Assembly: GCA_002269645.1 (NCBI GenBank)
Contig: NIVC01002518.1
Coordinates: forward strand, 44,626 to 108,625
Direction: 5' to 3'
From: Macrostomum lignano
Lineage: Eukaryota
Length of the DNA: 64,000 nucleotides
The translations under genes and the position numbers were made by a program. Shown piece by piece: positions 12,341-41,257 of this stretch (position 1 is its first letter; each line of letters begins with the position of its first letter). Below the pieces are notes generated by a model that ran no database searches, was not told where the DNA came from, and worked only from the letters and a program-made list of their open reading frames with translations.

Positions 12341-12951
12341 GCAGGTGGCTCCCCAAAATCCGGGGGTCAGTCCTGCTGTCCCTCATCGAATGCGGCACAG
12401 AGACATTGGGCGCGGGTATCGAATAGAGTTCATAAAGGATGAGGCGCAGAGGCTGCAGTCACCAGCAGGCCAAATGGCAGGAGCGCAGCAGTAGCATGGC
12501 CCTCACCGCTCCAGGCGGATGCTGGGTGCAGTGATGAAGCGGGCAGGCGGCTGCAGGCAGCAGCAGCAGCGTTGGAGGCTTTACAGCCGGCCCCTCATCC
12601 CCCCCTCGCCTTTCTCCCCTTTCCCCTCTGCCTTCCCATTCGGAATTCGCAGTTTGGATTCCGGCAGGGCATCGGCAGCGGTGTGCGGCAGTTTGTGGGT
12701 GTGCAGGGCGCTTCGCCCGCAATCGCTGGGCCGCCCCCACCCCAGCCGACCTTGCATCCAAATTGGGCAGCGGCAGGCCCGCATCGCATCCGTGTTGCTG
12801 CCGGTTTGCGGGGAACTTACAGTTTCCTGTGTGTGCCAGCGCGTCGGACTCGGCCGAGCCTCCTTCAGCATCGACAGCGGCCGGGAGGACCTGCGGGCAG
12901 TTGAGCTAATTGAGTGGGCGGGAGAATTCGCTCACCTGGCCTGACTGAACA

Positions 12952-28215
<15,264 letters not shown>

Positions 28216-29126
28216 GTCCGTCTTTGTTCTCGCCAGAACAAAGACTCCAATAAATTCTGCAGAATGCCGGATGCTGAGTCAGCTTAGCGAAAATTTCTCA
28301 TTCAAACTATCGACTTTTAAAATTCTCGAAACGAACATTTTCAGCCTCGACAATTGTGCTTTTCTCTGTGCGTTTTTGCTTCAGCTGTGTGTCCGACTGC
28401 TATGCTATAATTTCATTATATTTTAAAACAGAATTGTAGAAAGTTGAAACAGAACTGCTTGCCTTTAGTCCAAATCTTAAATTCTACTCTGCTGATGTTC
28501 AATATTTAGGAAAATTTTATTGAATTGTTTAACTCCCAACAAAGCGCTCTTGTTTTCAAATATCCCTGTTCTATTGGCGAAAACTCAATTTAACTTTTAT
28601 TCAACAATTGCTGTGCCGTGAAGCACCGCAGAACTGAATTCAACAACTACCAATGAAATGTGCGGCTAATCTTACTCGTTCTTTGCTAATATTTCTACTG
28701 TAAGTAGAGAAAATGGAAACTATTATACAGAACTAAAGTGCGAACAAGTGGACAGAGCTTTATCTGAGGCTTTTCGTGCGATGCACACCCATGAAGGCCA
28801 ACCGCCAACCCCCAAGGCACAGAAAGAGTGTACATGCCTGTACGGCCTGTCTATAAGTGTGTGCCTGTGTACAGCTGTAGTGAAATGAGCGAACTATTTA
28901 ATTAGCTTGTAGCTCACGACACAGACGAGACTAAATTATCAGGAGCCAGACACGTAGGGCCGTGCCGGGCCCAAATCAGTGTAGCGCGTGTATTTAAGGC
29001 ATTATTTTTGGGGTTTGAGTGCAATCAGATAAGACGGGGGTGGAGTGCGCGACTGAGGAAAGAGGCGAGAACTGAGAGCCAATCAGAAGGCAGCGAGGGA
29101 GAGGGAGATAAGAATAACAAGATTGA

Positions 29127-29127
29127 A

Positions 29128-29181
<54 letters not shown>
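29127..29181. repeat. (GA)n microsatellite
   Basis: Direct reading of the sequence. Confidence 0.98.
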
Positions 29182-29184
<3 letters not shown>

Positions 29185-29804
29185 AAAGTTAACAGACGAG
29201 TGAAGGTGAGCCCTCCTCCCTCCTGCTATGAAAGTAGGAGGAACGCTGCAGTTCCCAGAGATCCTGAGTATAGGATAAGCTTATGGGAATCGCGGCTTCC
29301 CATAAGCAGATTAACAAATCCGACTGTTATAAACTCAGCCTTGCTGCTGGGGAATCTTCTTTCTTAGGCTGTGAGATCATTATTGAGCATTGATCCCCCA
29401 GCTCGAATCGATGGGCTGCTGCAGCCGACATGGAGGCTGAAGTGCTCCATCTGCTCTCCCCTTCAATTCCAGCCACACCCGGAGCCTCGAATGCCCCCCG
29501 CTCAAAGGTGCACAATTAATTTTACTGCTCAACTGACGAGCAGCAGCTGATGAGGCTCCAATTAGAGTGCAGGGGGATCTGGCCCAGACTCCCGACATAG
29601 TTGGCTTCGATACTTTTTTAGTCCCGTTCGTCGCTCTTATTCGCAGTGGGAATTACGGAACTGCATTAACAGTAGGAATACCAAGCCATTTTTCCGCCCG
29701 TCGAACTACCAAGAGGGGGGGGGGAAATTCCCCCCCCTGACAATTTTTTTTCGCTGCGCCGGAACGGAGCAACGCAGGCACACGAAATTTAAGAACACGG
29801 GCTA

Positions 29805-32800
29805 ACTCACCCTGTCTCCCTCTCACCCTGTCTCCCTCTCACCCCTGTCTCCCTCTCACCCTGTCTCCCTCTCACCCTGTCTCCCTCTCACCCTGTCTCC
29901 CTCTCACCCCTGTCTCCCTCTCACCCTGTCTCCCTCTCACCCCTGTCTCCCTCTCACCCTGTCTCCCTCTCACCCCTGTCTCCCTCTCACCACTGTTTCC
30001 CTCTCACTGTCTCCCTCTCACCCTGTCTCCCTCTCACCCTGTCTCCCTCTCACCCTGTCTCCCTCTCACCCCTGTCTCCCTCTCACCCTGTCTCCCTCTC
30101 ACCCCTGTCTCCCTCTCACCCCTGTCTCCCTCTCACCCTGTCTCCCTCTCACCCTGTCTCCCTCTCACCCCTGTCTCCCTCTCACCACTGTCTCCCTCTC
30201 ACCACTGTTTCCCTCTCACTGTCTCCCTCTCACCCTGTCTCCCTCTCACCCTGTCTCCCTCTCACCCTGTCTCCCTCTCACCCCTGTCTCCCTCTCACCA
30301 CTGTTTCCCTCTCACTGTCTCCCTCTCACCCTGTCTCCCTCTCACCCTGTCTCCCTCTCACCCTGTCTCCCTCTCACCCTGTCTCCCTCTCACCCCTGTC
30401 TCCTTCTTACCCCTGTTTCCCCTTGTCGCTGTCTCCCTCTCACCCTTGTTTCCCTCTCACCTCTGTCTCTCTCTCACCCTGTCTCCCTCTCGCCCCTGTC
30501 TCCCTCTCACCCTGTCTCCCTCTCACCCCTGTCTCCTTCTTACCCCTGTTTCCCCTTGTCGCTGTCTCCCTCTCACCCTGTCTCCCTCTCACCCCTGTTT
30601 CCCCTTGTCGCTGTCTCCCTCTCACCCTGTCTCCCTCTCACCCCTGTCTCCTTCTTACCCCTGTTTCCCTCTCACCCTGTCTCCCTCTCACCCTGTCTCC
30701 CTCTCACCCCTGTCTCCTTCTTACCCCTGTTTCCCCTTGTCGCTGTCTCCCTCTCACCCCTGTTTCCCTCTCACCCCTGTTTCCCTCTCACCCCTGTCTC
30801 CTTCTTACCCCAGTTTCCCTCTCACCCTGTCTCCCTCTCACCCTGTCTCCCTCTCACCCCTGTCTCCTTCTTACCCCTGTTTCCCCTTGTCGCTGTCTCC
30901 CTCTCACCCCTGTTTCCCTCTCACCTCTGTCTCTCTCTCACCCTGTCTCCCTCTCACCCTGTCTCCCTCTCACCCTGTCTCCCTCTCACCCCTGTCTCCC
31001 TCTCACCCCTGTCTCCCTCTCACCACTGTTTCCCTCTCACTGTCTCCCTCTCACCCTGTCTCCCTCTCACCCTGTCTCCCTCTCACCCTGTCTCCCTCTC
31101 ACCGTCTCCCTCTCACCCCTGTCTCCCTCTCACCACTGTTTCCCTCTCACTGTCTCCCTCTCACCTTGTCTCCCTCTCACCCTGTCTCCCTCTCACCCCT
31201 GTCTCCCTCTCACCCCTGTCTCCCTCTCACCACTGTTTCCCTCTCACTGTCTCCCTCTCACCCTGTCTCCCTCTCACCCTGTCTCCCTCTCACCCTGTCT
31301 CCCTCTCACCCTGTCTCCCTCTCACCACTGTTTCCCTCTCACTGTCTCCCTCTCACCCTGTCTCCCTCTCACCCTGTCTCCCTCTCACCCTGTCTCCCTC
31401 TCACCCTGTCTCCCTCTCACCCTGTCTCCCTCTCACCCCTGTCTCCTTCTTACCCCTGTTTCCCCTTGTCGCTGTCTCCCTCTCACCCTTGTTTCCCTCT
31501 CACCTCTGTCTCTCTCTCACCCTGTCTCCCTCTCACCCCTGTCTCCCTCTCACCCTGTCTCCCTCTCACCCCTGTCTCCTTCTTACCCCTGTTTCCCCTT
31601 GTCGCTGTCTCCCTCTCACCCCTGTTTCCCTCTCACCCCTGTTTCCCTCTCACCCCTGTCTCCTTCTTACCCCTGTTTCCCTCTCACCCTGTCTCCCTCT
31701 CACCCTGTCTCCCTCTCACCCTGTCTCCCTCTCACCCCTGTCTCCTTCTTACCCCTGTTTCCCCTTGTCGCTGTCTCCCTCTCACCCCTGTTTCCCTCTC
31801 ACCTCTGTCTCTCTCTCACCCTGTCTCCCTCTCACCCTGTCTCCCTCTCACCCTGTCTCCCTCTCACCCCTGTCTCCCTCTCACCCCTGTCTCCCTCTCA
31901 CCCTGTCTCCCTCTCACCCTGTCTCCCTCTCACCCTGTCTCCCTCTCACCCTGTCTCCCTCTCACCCTGTCTCCCTCTCACCGTCTCCCTCTCACCCTGT
32001 CTCCCTCTCACCCCTGTCTCCCTCTCACCACTGTTTCCCTCTCACTGTCTCCCTCTCACCCTGTCTCCCTCTCACCCCTGTCTCCTTCTTACCCCTGTTT
32101 CCCCTTGTCGCTGTCTCCCTCTCACCCTTGTTTCCCTCTCACCTCTGTCTCTCTCACCCTGTCTCCCTCTCACCCCTGTCTCCCTCTCACCCCTGTCTCC
32201 CTCTCACCACTGTTTCCCTCTCACTGTCTCCCTCTCACCCTGTCTCCCTCTCACCCTGTCTCCCTCTCACACCTGTTTCCCTCTCACCCCTGTCTCCCTC
32301 TCACCACTGTCTCCCTCTCACCCTGTCTACTCACCTAACTGTCTCCCTCTCACCCCTGTCTCCCTCTCACCCTGTCTCCCTCTCACCCTGTCTCCCTCTC
32401 ACCCTGTCTCCCTCTCACCCTGTCTTCCTCTCACCCTGTCTCCCTCTCACCCCTGTCTCCTTCTTACCCCTGTTTCCCCTTGTCGCTGTCTCCCTCTCAC
32501 CCTTGTTTCCCTCTCACCTCTGTCTCTCTCTCACCCTGTCTCCCTCTCACCCCTGTCTCCCTCTCACCCTGTCTCCCTCTCACCCCTGTCTCCTTCTTAC
32601 CCCTGTTTCCCCTTGTCGCTGTCTCCCTCTCACCCCTGTTTCCCTCTCACCCCTGTTTCCCTCTCACCCCTGTCTCCTTCTTACCCCTGTTTCCCTCTCA
32701 CCCTGTCTCCCTCTCACCCTGTCTCCCTCTCACCCTGTCTCCCTCTCACCCCTGTCTCCTTCTTACCCCTGTTTCCCCTTGTCGCTGTCTCCCTCTCACC

Positions 32801-34195
32801 CCTGTTTCCCTCTCACCTCTGTCTCTCTCTCACCCTGTCTCCCTCTCACCCTGTCTCCCTCTCACCCTGTCTCCCTCTCACCCCTGTCTCCCTCTCACCC
32901 CTGTCTCCCTCTCACCCTGTCTCCCTCTCACCCTGTCTCCCTCTCACCCTGTCTCCCTCTCACCCTGTCTCCCTCTCACCCTGTCTCCCTCTCACCGTCT
33001 CCCTCTCACCCTGTCTCCCTCTCACCCCTGTCTCCCTCTCACCACTGTTTCCCTCTCACTGTCTCCCTCTCACCCTGTCTCCCTCTCACCCCTGTCTCCT
33101 TCTTACCCCTGTTTCCCCTTGTCGCTGTCTCCCTCTCACCCTTGTTTCCCTCTCACCTCTGTCTCTCTCACCCTGTCTCCCTCTCACCCCTGTCTCCCTC
33201 TCACCCCTGTCTCCCTCTCACCACTGTTTCCCTCTCACTGTCTCCCTCTCACCCTGTCTCCCTCTCACCCTGTCTCCCTCTCACACCTGTTTCCCTCTCA
33301 CCCCTGTCTCCCTCTCACCACTGTCTCCCTCTCACCCTGTCTACTCACCTAACTGTCTCCCACTCACCACTGTCTCCCTCTCACCCTGTCTCCCTCTCAC
33401 CCCTGCTTCCCTCTCACCCCTGTCTCCCTCTCACCCTGTCTTCCTCTCACCCTGTCTACTCACCTAACTGTCTCCCTCTCACCACTGTCTCCCTCTCACC
33501 CTGTCTCCCTCTCACCCTGTCTACTCACCTAACTGTCTCCCTCTCACCACTGTCTCCCTCTCACCCTGTCTCCCTCTCACCCTGTCTCCCTCTCAACCCT
33601 GTCTCCCTCTCACCCTGTCTCCCTCTCACCCTGTCTCCCTCTCACCCCGTCTCCCTCTCACCCTGTCTCCCTCTCACCCTGCCTCCCTCTCACCACTGTT
33701 TCCCTCTCACTGTCTCCCTCTCACCCTGTCTCCCTCTCACCCTGTCTCCCTCTCACCCTGTCTCCCTCTCACACCTGTTTCCCTCTCACCCCTGTCTCCC
33801 TCTCACCACTGTCTCCCTCTCACCCTGTCTACTCACCTAACTGTCTCCCACTCACCACTGTCTCCCTCTCACCCTGTCTCCCTCTCACCCCTGCTTCCCT
33901 CTCACCCCTGTCTCCCTCTCACCCTGTCTCCCTCTCACCCTGTCTACTCACCTAACTGTCTCCCTCTCACCACTGTCTCCCTCTCACCCTGTCTCCCTCT
34001 CACCCTGTCTACTCACCTAACTGTCTCCCTCTCACCACTGTCTCCCTCTCACCCTGTCTCCCTCTCACCCTGTTTCCCTCTCAACCCTGTCTCCCTCTCA
34101 CCCTGTCTCCCTCTCACCCTGTCTCCCTCTCACCCCGTCTCCCTCTCACCCTGTCTCCCTCTCACCCTGCCTCCCTCTCACCCTGTCTCCCTCTC
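29805..34195. repeat. 4.4-kb pyrimidine-rich minisatellite (16-17-bp CTCACCC(C)TGTCTCCCT) with variant units and higher-order duplication
   Basis: Direct reading; block 31466-32338 recurs at an offset of 1014 bp. Confidence 0.98.
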
Positions 34196-34769
34196 TCCCA
34201 ACCCCACTTCACTGTACCCCTATTTTTTCCCTAATGCCCCACCCTGCGGTCATTCGCTCTTCGAACTGCGGTCTTCGCTCAGTGCTACAAATCTCGCTCT
34301 CTAGAAGCCTGCCGACCTTCCAGCTTCTTCTCTTCATCGTAGCAACTACGCCTTCGCGTGCCCACAAGTTGGCTTGGCAGGAAAAATAGCGCAATTTTAG
34401 CTACATCAGTGCAGCCAACCCACAGCCGTGTGGACAGGGGAAATTTTCTAATGCCCTGCTGGCGTCTCTTGCCGCCTGTCCCGGGTGACTGAGAAGGTTG
34501 ATGGAAAACAGAACCGCAAACTGTTTGATGAGCTGACAGCAGCTTTTGCAGCATGGGTGGGGAAAGTGCAGCCACCGCGTTAGGGTCCACCGACTGCTGT
34601 TTTGCACTGCTGAATGTCCTTCTGCCCGCAGGCCTCGGATCCTTCATTTTCTATCTCCATGTCGTTCGGTTACTAAAAAATGTATAAGAGCTGCACCTAA
34701 TAACCTTAGTTAAATTCAATTGTTAAACTCGAGTAACTTCGGTCATGAACCTCCGGTAACTTCTGCTAC

Positions 34770-36060
34770 TAACCTCAAGTAGCTTTAGTTACTGACCTCA
34801 AGTAGATTTAGTTACTGACCTCAAGTAGATTTAGTTACTGACCTCAAGTAGATTTAGTTACTGACCTCAAGTAGATTTAGTTACTGACCTCAAGTAGCTT
34901 TAGTTACTGACCTCAAGTAGATTTAGTCACTGACCTCAAGTAGCTTTAGTTACCGACCTTAAGTAGCTTTAGTTACTGACCTCAAGTAGCTTTAGTTACT
35001 GACCTCAAGTAGCTTTAGTTACCGACCTTAAGTAGCTTTAGTTACTGACCTCAAGTAGATTTAGTTACTGACCTCAAGTAGCTTTAGTTACTGACCTCAA
35101 GTAGCTTTAGTTACCGACCTTAAGTAGCTTTAGTTACTGACCTCAAGTAGCTTTAGTTACTGACCTCAAGTAGCTTTAGTTACCGACCTTAAGTAGCTTT
35201 AGTTACTGACCTCAAGTAGATTTAGTTACTGACCTCAAGTAGATTTAGTTACTGACCTCAAGTAGCTTTAGTTACTGACCTCAAGTAGATTTAGTTACTG
35301 ACCTCAAGTAGATTTAGTTACTGACCTCAAGTAGATTTAGTCACTGACCTCAAGTAGCTTTAGTTACTGACCTCAAGTAGCTTTAGTTACTGACCTCAAG
35401 TAGCTTTAGTTACTGACCTCAAGTAGCTTTAGTTACCGACCTTAAGTAGCTTTAGTTACTGACCTCAAGTAGATTTAGTTACTGACCTCAAGTAGATTTA
35501 GTTACTGACCTCAAGTAGATTTAGTTACTGACCTCAAGTAGATTTAGTTACTGACCTCAAGTAGCTTTAGTTACTGACCTCAAGTAGATTTAGTTACTGA
35601 CCTCAAGTAGATTTAGTCACTGACCTCAAGTAGATTTAGTCACTGACCTCAAGTAGCTTTAGTTACCGACCTTAAGTAGCTTTAGTTACTGACCTCAAGT
35701 AGATTTAGATACTGACCTCAAGTAGATTTAGTTACTGACCTCAAGTAGCTTTAGTTACTGACCTCAAGTAGATTTAGTTACTGACCTCAAGTAGATTTAG
35801 TCACTGACCTCAAGTAGCTTTAGTTACTGACCTCAAGTAGATTTAGTTACTGACCTCAAGTAGATTTAGCTACTGACCTCAAGTAGATTTAGTTACTGAC
35901 CTCAAGTAGATTTAGTTACTAACCTCAAGTAGATTTAGTTACTGACTTCAATTAGCTTTAGTTACTGACCTCAAGTAGATTTAGTTACTGACCTTAAGTA
36001 GATTTAGTTACTGACTTCAATTAGCTTTAGTTACTGACCTCAAGTAACTTTAGTTACTAA
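34770..36060. repeat. 23-bp minisatellite x about 55
   Basis: Unit TTAGTTACTGACCTCAAGTAG(A/C)T. Confidence 0.97.
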
Positions 36061-36689
36061 CTTTGTGGAACTTCGGCTTTTAAACTACAGTAACGGCAGT
36101 TACTGACTCCAGCTCTTTCAGTTCAAAACACCAGACGCGATTTTCACGCTTGTCTGCCCCGGTGTACTTTTAGGTTTTTTCATGCTCTTTGTTTATTTTT
36201 CCCAACACCCAGCCACTCACTGACGATTGCGCAAAGCATGACAGCTGTGCTCGGCTTGTCGTCGGGCTGCCTTGAGCTGACAAGCAGGCATATTAGACCA
36301 GTTAATCCTCCAAGGCTTTGCCAGACCCACCGAAGCAAGCGAAGACGGCGAGCCATTTCTTTGGATCTTATCGTTAGCAGAGAAAATTGACAAATCCTTT
36401 ATCTGACGCAGTACGTGAAAAGCAATCGAGCATTTCTTTTTGCTGTAAGCACTCGTAATAAAACACGCGGGGATATCACACACGGACCTCAAAATCGAAA
36501 AATTAGAAATGCGAGCATCCAAGAGATCAGATATATTTGTGGTTTGGCGTAATTAACGTTTGCTTATTAGAGCAGCAAAATAGTGCTTGATTTCTCTGTA
36601 AAAAATTTAGAAGCCGCTGGCGCAGAACAATATTTCATTTACCACACCGATAGATCCACCTCAGCTTCCTCTTTAATAACACAAACAAT

Positions 36690-37075
36690 ATTTTCTGTCC
36701 TCCGAAAACACCCACCTCACTCCCATCTTTAAAAACACCCACCCCATTCTCTGTCCTCCAAAAACACCCACCTCACTCCCATCTTTAAAAACAACCACCC
36801 CATTCTCTATCCTCCAAAAACACTCACCTCACTTCCATCTTTAAAAACGCCAGCCCCATTCTCTGTCCTCCAAAAACACCCACCTCACTCCCAACTTTAA
36901 ACACCCACCCCATTCTCTGTCCTCCAAAAACACCCACCTCACTCCCATCTTTAAAAACACCCACCCCATTCTCTGTCCTCTAAAGACACCCAACTCACTT
37001 CTATCTTTAAAAACACCGAAAAACACTGAAAACACCCATTCTCTGTCCTCCAAAACACCCACCTCACTCTCATGA
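36690..37075. repeat. Degenerate repeat of about 55 bp
   Basis: CCATTCTCTGTCCTCCAAAAACACCCACCTCACTCCCATCTTTAAAAACAC. Confidence 0.88.
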
Positions 37076-37817
37076 CACTGCCCCATTCCCTCTGAAGTCG
37101 CCCGCATCAATCCACTCGAGACTGTCCATCAATTAAGAAGCCCTCATATCAGGGCAGGATTATTCCTGGCCTCTTCACGCCCATCAAATCGTTGATGCGG
37201 CCCCTCCGGCTCCCGAGGCTCACTGGCCCAGCCGAGGCGGAACTGGAAGTGACACTGACAATTATTTGATAATGAGGGGGAGGCTGGGGTGAGGACAGGG
37301 TGGGCTCCGAAAATTCCAGTGTATACACGCATTTACAAGCAAACAACTATCTCCGGGCGAGAGAAGATGCCGGTAGTGATGAGCCGTGATGCGCAGTTCA
37401 GTGACGCACAAGGGGCCCTGTTTTCTTTTTTCTTGCTCAGCGCAACGAGCTTAAATCTATGAGTTAATCCACTCCAACCTTTCTTTGATGACCCCATTTC
37501 ATTTTGTCCCAATATTTTTATTACCTTATATGCTTTGCTTGATCGTATAAATTTTGCAGTTTCGAAAGCTTCTTTCTCAGCTGCGGCTCCGGAGTCTAAT
37601 CTCAGCTAATCTCTTGTGAGCCTAAATTAGCCCCCCCCCTTGACAACAAGCAGCCCCCGGCAATCGCAATCAGTTTTCCAAAGGACCTGAAAACGCAATC
37701 GGAAACCAAAGAAAGGTGTGAGAGCATCTAACCTCCTCTTGTTCTCGTTTTCCTAAAAATAGTGCCAACTGTTTGATGAAGCAGCTTTGATAAAGCAGGC
37801 TGCTGATATTCCAAAGT

Positions 37818-37903
37818 CACAAAGTGGCGCATCTAACTCAAAAAGTGGCGCATCTTACTCACAAAGTGGCGCATTCGACCCACAAAGTGGCACATTTGAC
37901 TCA
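37818..37903. repeat. 21-bp repeat x4 (CACAAAGTGGCGCAT core)
   Basis: Direct reading; adjacent to the 3' end of the LINE. Confidence 0.85.
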
Positions 37904-40330
37904 GTCACCTCTGGCGCCAGGAGCGCACATGATTGTGCCTAGCTGTTATCCCCAAAACTCACCGTCGTATCCGCAACTTGACTTACTTGACCCTGAGAGG
38001 GTTATGGTGGCAGCCCGGATGTCTCTACGCGAGAGGCGCAAGAGGAGCTTCCGGAGCTGGTGAGAGGGCTGAGGGACAGCGCCTCTGGATTGCCTGCATG
38101 TAGTGCAGTTCGCCCAAGTCAAGCGGTGCTGAGTCCTGATCCACGCTTTGATGCACGAGTCGATGACGCAGCCGGGGATAGGGACAATGGGTTCAGGCCC
38201 GAGAGAGGAGCCGGAGGCGCCAACTTTTGGAAGGGCGTCAGCCAACTCATTCCCTCGGATTCCCACATGCCCCGGAATGCACTTAAGGGTGATTTTGTTA
38301 GTGGAGCCCGACATGTTGAGGAGTTTGGTACAGTCGAGGACTGTAGCAGAATTGGTGCTGCAGCCACTGATGGCGTGCAAGGCAACTTGGCTGTCCGAAT
38401 GGAAAATGATGTTCTTACCGGTAACGCCAGTGGCGAGAAGCTCTGCGGTGCAGGAGCTGATAGAGAGAACTTCATTTTGGAAGACACTGGAGTTGATCCT
38501 AGTGCACTGAGCGTGGGTTGCGATGACCCTTCCGTTCAGGAAGATTCCAACACCAAAACCGGTGTTGGCTGACTGCATAGAACCGTCGGTGTAGCAATGA
38601 AGCTCATCAGGGTTCCATTGGTCATTGATGGTATCGCGCGAGTCGATAGCTACGGAGTAGCGTTGTCTCAGGTTGAGCGTTGAGGCAATGCCATCGGTGA
38701 AGACGCGATTGGCCTGACACTCGTTGAGAATGTTGAGGCACAGGTCGCTATGCAGGACGAGGTTCCGCTTAGCAGGTGCCCTCATGTAAAGGAATTTGAC
38801 ACCGGCATCAAGTAAACGCCGGGTCGTTCTAGCCGCCTCACCCCCCTGACGAAGAGGTCGAGAGGCGGTAGATTAAGGAAGGCCCCCATGCCGGCAAAGG
38901 GCGTGGACCTGGTGGCGTTGCAGATAAGCCTACACGCTCTGCCCTGGATCATGTTGAGCAAATCTGCATGGCTTTTGAACTGGGTAGCGCTAACCCAGAC
39001 AACAGAGGCGTATGTAATGGCAGATATAACTACGGAAGTGTAGATCCACCAAAGCCACTTAGGCGATAGACCCCAAGAAGTGCCAAGTGCTCGTCGGAGC
39101 TGGGCCAGGATGGCTGAGGCACGCTTGGCTTTTGCTTTCACGTGGAAGGACCAGTTGAGCCGGTGGTCTAGCATGACCCCGAGACATCTGGTCTGGTGCG
39201 CGAAGGCAATATCTCTGCCGTATAACTGCTGAGGTCGAATGTTCCAGCGTATTCTGCTGGTGAACATAATGGCAACAGTTTTTGGGCTCAGAGGGTTCCA
39301 GACCGTCGTCATTGGCCCAGGATTCTGCTTTGCGGATAAAACTCTGCATCAGATCCTTGTGCATGCTGGGAGACGGCCTTGCGACAATGGCCGTGACGTC
39401 GTCAGCAAACCCGACTTTGAAGACGGGATCAGGTCGGGAGTCACTCAGAAGAGCGTCCATGACCAGGTTCCAGAGCGTCGGGGTGAGGACTCCACCTTGG
39501 GGTCCACCCTTACAGACTCTGGAGGAGGCAGTTTGCCCTAGGAGTTGGGCAGTGACCGTACAGTTAGAGATCATGTACATGATCCACCGTATGAGGGTAG
39601 CATGAGCTTTGTGATTTTGAAGGGCCCTCTGAAACGCTTCAAAGATAACGTTGTCGAAGGCGCCAACAATGTCAAGAAAGAGAGCCAGAGCGTAACCGTC
39701 ACCCAGTACCGCCCGTTCAATCTTCTCGACTATCGCATGCAGGGCGCTGTCAGTCGACCTCCCGGTACGGAAGACGTGCTGATTATTGCTGAGGGGCATC
39801 GCTGTCAGCTTGCATGAAAGCAGACGCCAGAGAATAAGCCTCTCAGTGAGCTTAAGCATTGCTGATGTTAAGCTAATTTGCCCAAAGGCCTTGACGCTCT
39901 GGTAGTCACCATTCCCAGGTTTGGGAATGAAGACTATCCGAGCTTCGGCCCAGCACTTGGGAACGTAACCCAGCTGGATAGAGGCCCGCATGAGATTGCG
40001 GGTAAGTCTCAGGAACGTGGGTATCTTGGCTGCTTCACGAAGAAGAACAGGGTAGATACCATCAGGTCCAGGAGATTTGAAAGGCTTGCGGTCGTATCCT
40101 CAAGCTCGACAGTCCTTTGCCCCCCTCCCCAGTTTGTGTCTTCCCAGATCTTCCAGTTGCTCGTCTCGAACGCCCCCCCCCCAATGAGCGGTGCGGGCCA
40201 ATCAAATCTCGGGGCGCCTGACCGTGTCGCCCAACTCTGGGAGTTTAAATGCGCCCGCAGTGGCACAGATCCCAGATCCCATCGACACGATTCTCCGTCA
40301 GTCAGCCCCCATGACTCTGCTGGACGCCGC
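37900..40330 (-). mobile_element. Decayed, 5'-truncated non-LTR retrotransposon (RT plus RNase H; LOA/R1/I-group-like)
   Basis: KSPGPDGI, ARIVFIPKPG, QISLTS, FLDIVGAFDNV, KGGPQGGVLTPTLWN, FADDV, LGVMLD; RNase H motifs YTDGS, SDSQVAL, IPGHVGIRGNELAD. Split over at least three frames. Confidence 0.93.
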
Positions 40331-41124
40331 ACTTCAAGAGGCCTGCCGGGGCGGCCGCTTCTGCGAGGCCACCGCCGCCGAGTTTGCTGGTGAGCTGCTG
40401 CTGCCGTGAATTTCCATATTGATTGCCCGCTGCGCCCGCGGGGAGGGGCAAGGCGAGGTCGAACGGGCCGCGTTTAATTAAATTTTGATGCCCGGCAAGA
40501 GGAGCGACCGAGATAAAGTCGAGTGGGATCGATTTGGATTGGGGATAATTGGGGCTTTTCTTCGCGTTTTAGGATTGTGGGATACATTGTGCTCAAAGTT
40601 TGACGCTTGGATTTGAGGACGGGATCCGGATTTAGGGAAGTTAAGATGTGAGGCAGTTGGAATTTGAGGAAGATGGGGTTGAGGATGCTGGGATTTAATA
40701 AGTAGGGATTAAAAACGGATTATTTGCTTCCAATATCCGTAGAAATGAAAGAACCGGAAGATTGTGGCTGGCGTTCTGCTGCATAAAAGCTGAGAATGCA
40801 TCAAATTCAAAATGGCAAACCGTCAAAACACCTGGCGAGGGTGCTCAGGTTGCGGTGCGACTTCTGCGAGACTTTGAGTCGCAAAGGATAGATGAGAAGA
40901 GACCTTGATTAGACCTCTCATTCCCTGAGAACTCAATTAGCTAGCAAAAAGGGCTGATGCAAATCAAGGCTCACTTTGACGCCAGAGACTTAAGCAACAG
41001 CTGCAAAGGCGGCAATGCTTCTCAAAATTAGACTACCTGTCCAATGGTTTAAAGTTCATTATCCAGCCGGGACCAGTAAAGCAGAAAGAAATAGCCAAAA
41101 AATGAAAGGTGGAGAACGCAGTCC

Positions 41125-41257
<133 letters not shown>

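Noticed and set aside
29547-29600. CTGATGAG hammerhead ribozyme core
   Set aside because: No GAAA after a stem II and no stem I/III pairing.
30423-33840. ORFs of 600-1100 aa (SLSPSHP...)
   Set aside because: Translations of the CT-rich minisatellite, open in several frames only because the unit lacks stop codons.
34580-36360. Minus-strand splice giving ...MLCAIV|KNEG, reminiscent of a glycosyltransferase motif
   Set aside because: The acceptor lacks a pyrimidine tract and the frame stops after 23 codons with no further similarity.
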